NCBI GenBank assembly: GCA_040256005.1
Contig: JBDZWC010000024.1
Location: forward strand, 1 to 29,882
DNA from: Deinococcaceae bacterium
GTDB lineage: Bacteria; Deinococcota; Deinococci; Deinococcales; Trueperaceae
Direction: 5' to 3'
Length of the DNA: 29,882 nt
Shown here: piece by piece, positions 26,156 through 29,882 of the stretch
How positions within the stretch are numbered: the stretch's first letter is position 1
Layout of the letters: every line of letters starts with the position of its first letter
Position numbers and translations under genes: made by a program
The notes under the pieces: generated by a model
The model's input: only the letters and a program-made list of their open reading frames with translations
Told to the model about the DNA's origin: nothing
The model's database searches: none

Positions 26156-28002
26156 GCCAGGTCCTCCAGCAGCTCGGCCTCCTCGGCCGACAGCCCGCGC
26201 GTGCCGGCGCCGGCGCCTACGTTCAGGTCCAGTGACAGGGCGGCGCGCCGCAGCCGGGCGTACCGGCTGCTCGGGTCGGCGGCGAGCGCCTCGCGTGACC
26301 CGGCCTCGACGACGCGACCGCGCTCCATGACCATGATCTCGTCCACGCGCTCCACCGTCTCCAGGCGGTGCGCGATGATCAGCGCCGTCCTGCCGTGCAG
26401 GAGGCGCTCCAGGGCCCGCTCGAGCCGGCGTTCCGTGACGGGGTCGAGTCGCGACGACGGCTCGTCGAGGATCACGACGCCGGGGTCCTTGAGGAAGACG
26501 CGGGCGAACGCGATCAGCTGCGCCTCGCCGGCCGAGAGGTTGCGGCCACCGGAGTCCAACTCGGTGTCGAGGCCACCCTCCTGAGAGCGGTACCAGCTAC
26601 CCAGGCCGAGCTCCTCCAGCACCTCCACGATCACCTCGTCCTCGACGCTCGGGTCGAAGAAGGTGAGGTTGTCCCTCAGCGTGCCCCTGAAGAGCTGCAC
26701 GTCCTGGGTGACCAGGCCGATGCGCGCCCTGAGTAGTTGGATGTCGGCGTCGCGCGTGTCCACGCCCCCCACCTTCACGGCGCCGGCGCTCGGGTCGTAG
26801 AGCCGGAAGATCAACCGGGTCAGCGTGGTCTTCCCCGAGCCGGTACGGCCCAGCAGCCCCAGCCGCCTGCCCGGCGCCAGCTCGAAGCTGACGCCCCGCA
26901 GCGTGAGCTGATCGGGCGAGGCGTCGAGGTAGTGGAACGCCACGTCCTCGAAGCGCACCGCGAGCGGGCCGGCGGGCAGCTCGGCGCCACCCCCTAAGGG
27001 CAGGGCCGACTCGGTGTGGAATAGCTCCCCCACGCGCTGCACGCCAGCGGCCGCCTTCTGTAGCTCCTGCAGCTGCTGCGTGATCTGCTCGATGGGGTTC
27101 TGCAGCATGAAGAGGTACTGGAAGACCATGTAAGCGCCGCCCACCGTCATGTCTCCGCGGCGCACCAGGTAGATGGAACTGCCGACGGTGACGGCCAGAC
27201 CGATCACGAACAGGCCATAGCTGGAGAGCCACACGACGCTGCGCAGCATCCAGGCGCGCCTGGTGTCCAGGTAGACGCCGCGCATGACCGTGCGGAAGCG
27301 GTGCATCGAGTAGTCGCCGGCCCCGTTCGCCCTCAGGTCGTCCAGGCCCTGCAGCCGCTCCTCGATGAAGCCGAACTGCTTGGCGTTGGCCTCGCGCTCG
27401 AGGTTGCTGGCGGGCACACCCACGCGCCTGGTGAGCGTGAGCGCGATCATCTCGAGGACCACGAAGCCCGTCAGGGCCCCGCCCATGAGAGGGTTCTCCA
27501 ACCACAGTGCTACGAGGATGCCCACCAGGAGCAACAGTCCACCGAACACGCGGACCGAGAACTGCGATAGGAAGTTCGAGAGGCTCGTCACGTCCCCGTC
27601 GATCCGCTCGATCATCTCCCCCGCCGTGCGCGAGTTGTGGAAGCCCATGTCGAGGTCGAGGGTGTGACGGGTGAGGTCCTCGCGCAGGTGGTTCGTCGCG
27701 CGCCATCCGACCGAAGCCGCGACGTACGTGGCGACTGCGTTGAGCAGCTGGGTGGCGACGGCGACGATGAGGAACAGGACGGCCAGCGTCGTGAGCCGGT
27801 CCTGGCCGGCAGAGGCCAGGGCCCCGTCGATGAAGCGCCGCAGCAACTGCGGTACGACGAGCTGAAGGCCCGCCGCGGAAAGCAGCAGGGCGGCCATGAG
27901 GATCGCCATGCCGCGCTGCGGCGCCAGGTACCGGCGCAGCAGGGAGAACATCGTCGTGCCCGCCGGCGCCCTCCGTTCGGTTGTCACTGCTCGGGTGGTC
28001 AT
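26152..28002 (-). CDS. Heterodimeric ABC exporter subunit (TMD+NBD, degenerate signature)
   Basis: GRTGSGKT, signature LSAGE, Walker B VVILDE and IAHRL; GAGGTG RBS. Confidence 0.9.
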   Translation of the reverse strand: MTTRAVTTERRAPAGTTMFSLLRRYLAPQRGMAILMAALLLSAAGLQLVVPQLLRRFIDGALASAGQDRLTTLAVLFLIVAVATQLLNAVATYVAASVGWRATNHLREDLTRHTLDLDMGFHNSRTAGEMIERIDGDVTSLSNFLSQFSVRVFGGLLLLVGILVALWLENPLMGGALTGFVVLEMIALTLTRRVGVPASNLEREANAKQFGFIEERLQGLDDLRANGAGDYSMHRFRTVMRGVYLDTRRAWMLRSVVWLSSYGLFVIGLAVTVGSSIYLVRRGDMTVGGAYMVFQYLFMLQNPIEQITQQLQELQKAAAGVQRVGELFHTESALPLGGGAELPAGPLAVRFEDVAFHYLDASPDQLTLRGVSFELAPGRRLGLLGRTGSGKTTLTRLIFRLYDPSAGAVKVGGVDTRDADIQLLRARIGLVTQDVQLFRGTLRDNLTFFDPSVEDEVIVEVLEELGLGSWYRSQEGGLDTELDSGGRNLSAGEAQLIAFARVFLKDPGVVILDEPSSRLDPVTERRLERALERLLHGRTALIIAHRLETVERVDEIMVMERGRVVEAGSREALAADPSSRYARLRRAALSLDLNVGAGAGTRGLSAEEAELLEDLA

Positions 28003-28231
28003 GTCACCTCTTGGTGTTCATCTGGTCGTGCTTCTCGTCTTAAGCTGGCCCTGGCCGCGCACGAGTAGATCGGCCGCGGGCTCTTCGCTGGTCGCCCTCG
28101 GCCGGATGTTCTCTGACGAACTTGTCTGGTGACTAACCGGTTACGAGGCAGACCACTCCCACACCCACGCTGACGCCATCCGGCGCGATGCGTACCGTGT
28201 GCGGGAACAGGTGATCTGCCATAGCTGAGAG

Positions 28232-28261
28232 ACTCTAGTGGAGCTAGAGGCGCGTTGTCAA
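28232..28261 (-). promoter_or_regulatory. Sigma70-type promoter of the ABC exporter operon, giving a ~220-nt leader
   Basis: TTGACA (28261-28256), 18-nt spacer, TAGAGT (28237-28232). Confidence 0.65.
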
Positions 28262-28292
28262 CCTGCTCGTAGCCGCACGGAAAATGCGCGCT

Positions 28293-29735
28293 TCAGCCGC
28301 GTCGCAGCAGCCACCCCAGGCGCAGCAGGCCGTTGGCAGCGCCGAGCGCGCCTACCACCCACAACCACGTCATCACGCCGATCATCGACCTGAACAGGGT
28401 CAGGGACCCGAACGACCGTCCCGAGGTCCGCAACACGATCGCCGGCATGGCGAGCGCCACGCCGAGCGGTAGGAGCCCGAACACGATGCCAAGCCAGTGG
28501 CGCCACGCCCCCACGCCAGGCGCCCAAGATGTCCACGCCGGGAACCGGAGCAACGCGCGCACTCCCAAAGCGGCTCCCAACAGCGCCAAGGTTGCGAACA
28601 CGAGTCCCCAGTGCCTGACGTCGAACCCGCCGGTCGTGGGCTCCTCGCCGCGGAGCAGCGCGACGAGGCCTTGCTCGATGCGCGGGAAGGCCAGGAGGTC
28701 TTGGGCCAAGCTGTGCACGTCGTAGAGGACCGCCACCCCGTACCCGCTGTCGGGCAACAGCACCGCCTGGGCCGTGAAGGTGGAGAGCACGCCGTTGTGC
28801 TCGAGCAGGCGGGTCCCGTCCCGGTCACGCTCGAACCAGCCCATGGCGTAGTCGCTGCCGGGTGGCGGCGTGAGCAGCGGCCCAAGCACCGAGGCCGGGA
28901 CGCCCGGGGCACCGCCGCTAGCGAGAGCCGTCAGGTACCGCGTCATGTCCTCCGCGTTCGACACGACGCCACCGCTGCCGCCGAGGTAGCCCGACTCCTC
29001 GCCGGCCCCGACGGGCAGTCCGAACGCCAGTAGGTGCCCCCTGGCGATGTCGTCAGACACCGCAGCGAGCTCCGCGGAGTTGATAACGGCGAACGTGCTG
29101 TCCATGCCCAGCGGAGCGAACACGTGGATCCCCAGGTAATCCGAGAGGCTCTCACCGCTCACGACCTCGATCAACCGTCCGAGCACTTCGTAGTTCGGGT
29201 TGAAGTAGTGGAACTCCTCCCCCGGCTCGGACACGGGCCGCGCGCCCGCCAGGCTCGCGACGCGCTCGGCCGGGCCCGCCGGTAAGGCGCCTCTCGGCTC
29301 CCTGAAACCGGCGTCGGAAAGACCGCTCGTCTGGTTCAGGAGGTGCCTGACAGTTATCCGGTCCGCCGCGCCCGCGGCGGCCAGCCCGAAGGCGGGGAGG
29401 TAGCTGACGACCGGAGCGTCCAGGTCGACCGCGCCCGCGCCCGCCAGTCGTAGTACGGCGAGGGCCGTGAACGACTTGCTGAGCGAGCCGATCGGGAACA
29501 GGGTGCGCGGCGTGATGGGGTTCCCGCGGGCGTCGGTGCCGTAGCCCTTGACGTACACCACCTCGTCGCCGTGCGTGATGGCCAGCGCGAGACCGGGAAC
29601 GCGCCCCGCTCTCATCTGGTCCGCCACGAAGCGGTCGACCCTGGCGAGGTCCAAGTCGCTACGCGGCAGGGCGACGTTCCCCACCAGCAACAGGTTCATG
29701 AGTAGCCGTGGCAGCACCGCGCCCACGTCCCCCAT
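28293..29735 (-). CDS. Serine hydrolase, beta-lactamase class C / AmpH-like, with C-terminal TM helices (start uncertain)
   Basis: SxxK (GSLSKS), LLNQTSG, YxN (YFN) and HNG motifs; about three C-terminal TM segments. Confidence 0.85.
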   Translation of the reverse strand: MGDVGAVLPRLLMNLLLVGNVALPRSDLDLARVDRFVADQMRAGRVPGLALAITHGDEVVYVKGYGTDARGNPITPRTLFPIGSLSKSFTALAVLRLAGAGAVDLDAPVVSYLPAFGLAAAGAADRITVRHLLNQTSGLSDAGFREPRGALPAGPAERVASLAGARPVSEPGEEFHYFNPNYEVLGRLIEVVSGESLSDYLGIHVFAPLGMDSTFAVINSAELAAVSDDIARGHLLAFGLPVGAGEESGYLGGSGGVVSNAEDMTRYLTALASGGAPGVPASVLGPLLTPPPGSDYAMGWFERDRDGTRLLEHNGVLSTFTAQAVLLPDSGYGVAVLYDVHSLAQDLLAFPRIEQGLVALLRGEEPTTGGFDVRHWGLVFATLALLGAALGVRALLRFPAWTSWAPGVGAWRHWLGIVFGLLPLGVALAMPAIVLRTSGRSFGSLTLFRSMIGVMTWLWVVGALGAANGLLRLGWLLRRG

Positions 29736-29829
29736 GCATAGCTCCCCCACGTGAGGTCCTGGCGAGCGAGGCCCGCGAAGAACTCGGCGCGGCGGAGTAG
29801 AACTCGAGGCAGCCGTCACCGGCGCCGGT

Positions 29830-29882
29830 TGTTTGAGTCCCGTTTTAGGTGAGACGGTTGGTTGAGTGAGAATGGAGGTTCC
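29830..29882 (+). mobile_element. Possible left end of an IS3-family insertion sequence (truncated by window end)
   Basis: Abrupt GC drop; TG-initiated 26-mer TGTTTGAGTCCCGTTTTAGGTGAGAC followed by a GGAGG RBS at the edge. No transposase is visible. Confidence 0.35.

Noticed and set aside
28141..28179. Classical trp-operon attenuator
   Set aside because: The Trp codons are not tandem, the downstream genes are not Trp biosynthesis genes, and there is no terminator U-tract. Kept only as a generic uORF candidate.
28293..29735. Bona fide beta-lactam resistance gene
   Set aside because: SxxK/YxN motifs are shared by many esterases and peptidases, and HNG replaces KTG. Activity cannot be inferred from sequence.

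Overview
High-GC bacterial chromosomal segment, most consistent with Deinococcota (inference from gene content and many TANNNT -10 boxes 5-8 nt before start codons, i.e. leaderless mRNAs). It is mostly housekeeping: acuABC with a coupled beta-hydroxyacid dehydrogenase, a methyltransferase/ABC operon, quinone oxidoreductase, stand-alone mreB, MATE, an ankyrin-M23 peptidase fusion, a LOG-family protein, mutS2, pta, RDD, MFS, TPP riboswitch-thiB, a heterodimeric ABC exporter and a membrane-anchored serine hydrolase. The best candidate for an uncharacterised system is 17421-21629. There, two divergent, translationally coupled operons flank one Crp/Fnr-type palindrome centred 42.5 bp from both start codons, next to a Crp/Fnr regulator. 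The left operon encodes DUF1858-like, cupin, ferredoxin, DUF2249 and a 4-TM heme-copper-oxidase-homology protein. The right operon encodes DUF2249, a ~12-TM HCO-homology protein and SufT/DUF59. It is probably an NO/anoxia-responsive heme/Fe-S module. Other notable items: a 50-bp-period alternating repeat array, two probable CTG starts coupled through CTGA overlaps, an unannotated 40-aa membrane protein, a uORF-bearing leader before the ABC exporter, and a possible IS3-family end at the right edge. All family calls come from motif recognition by eye; no searches were run.
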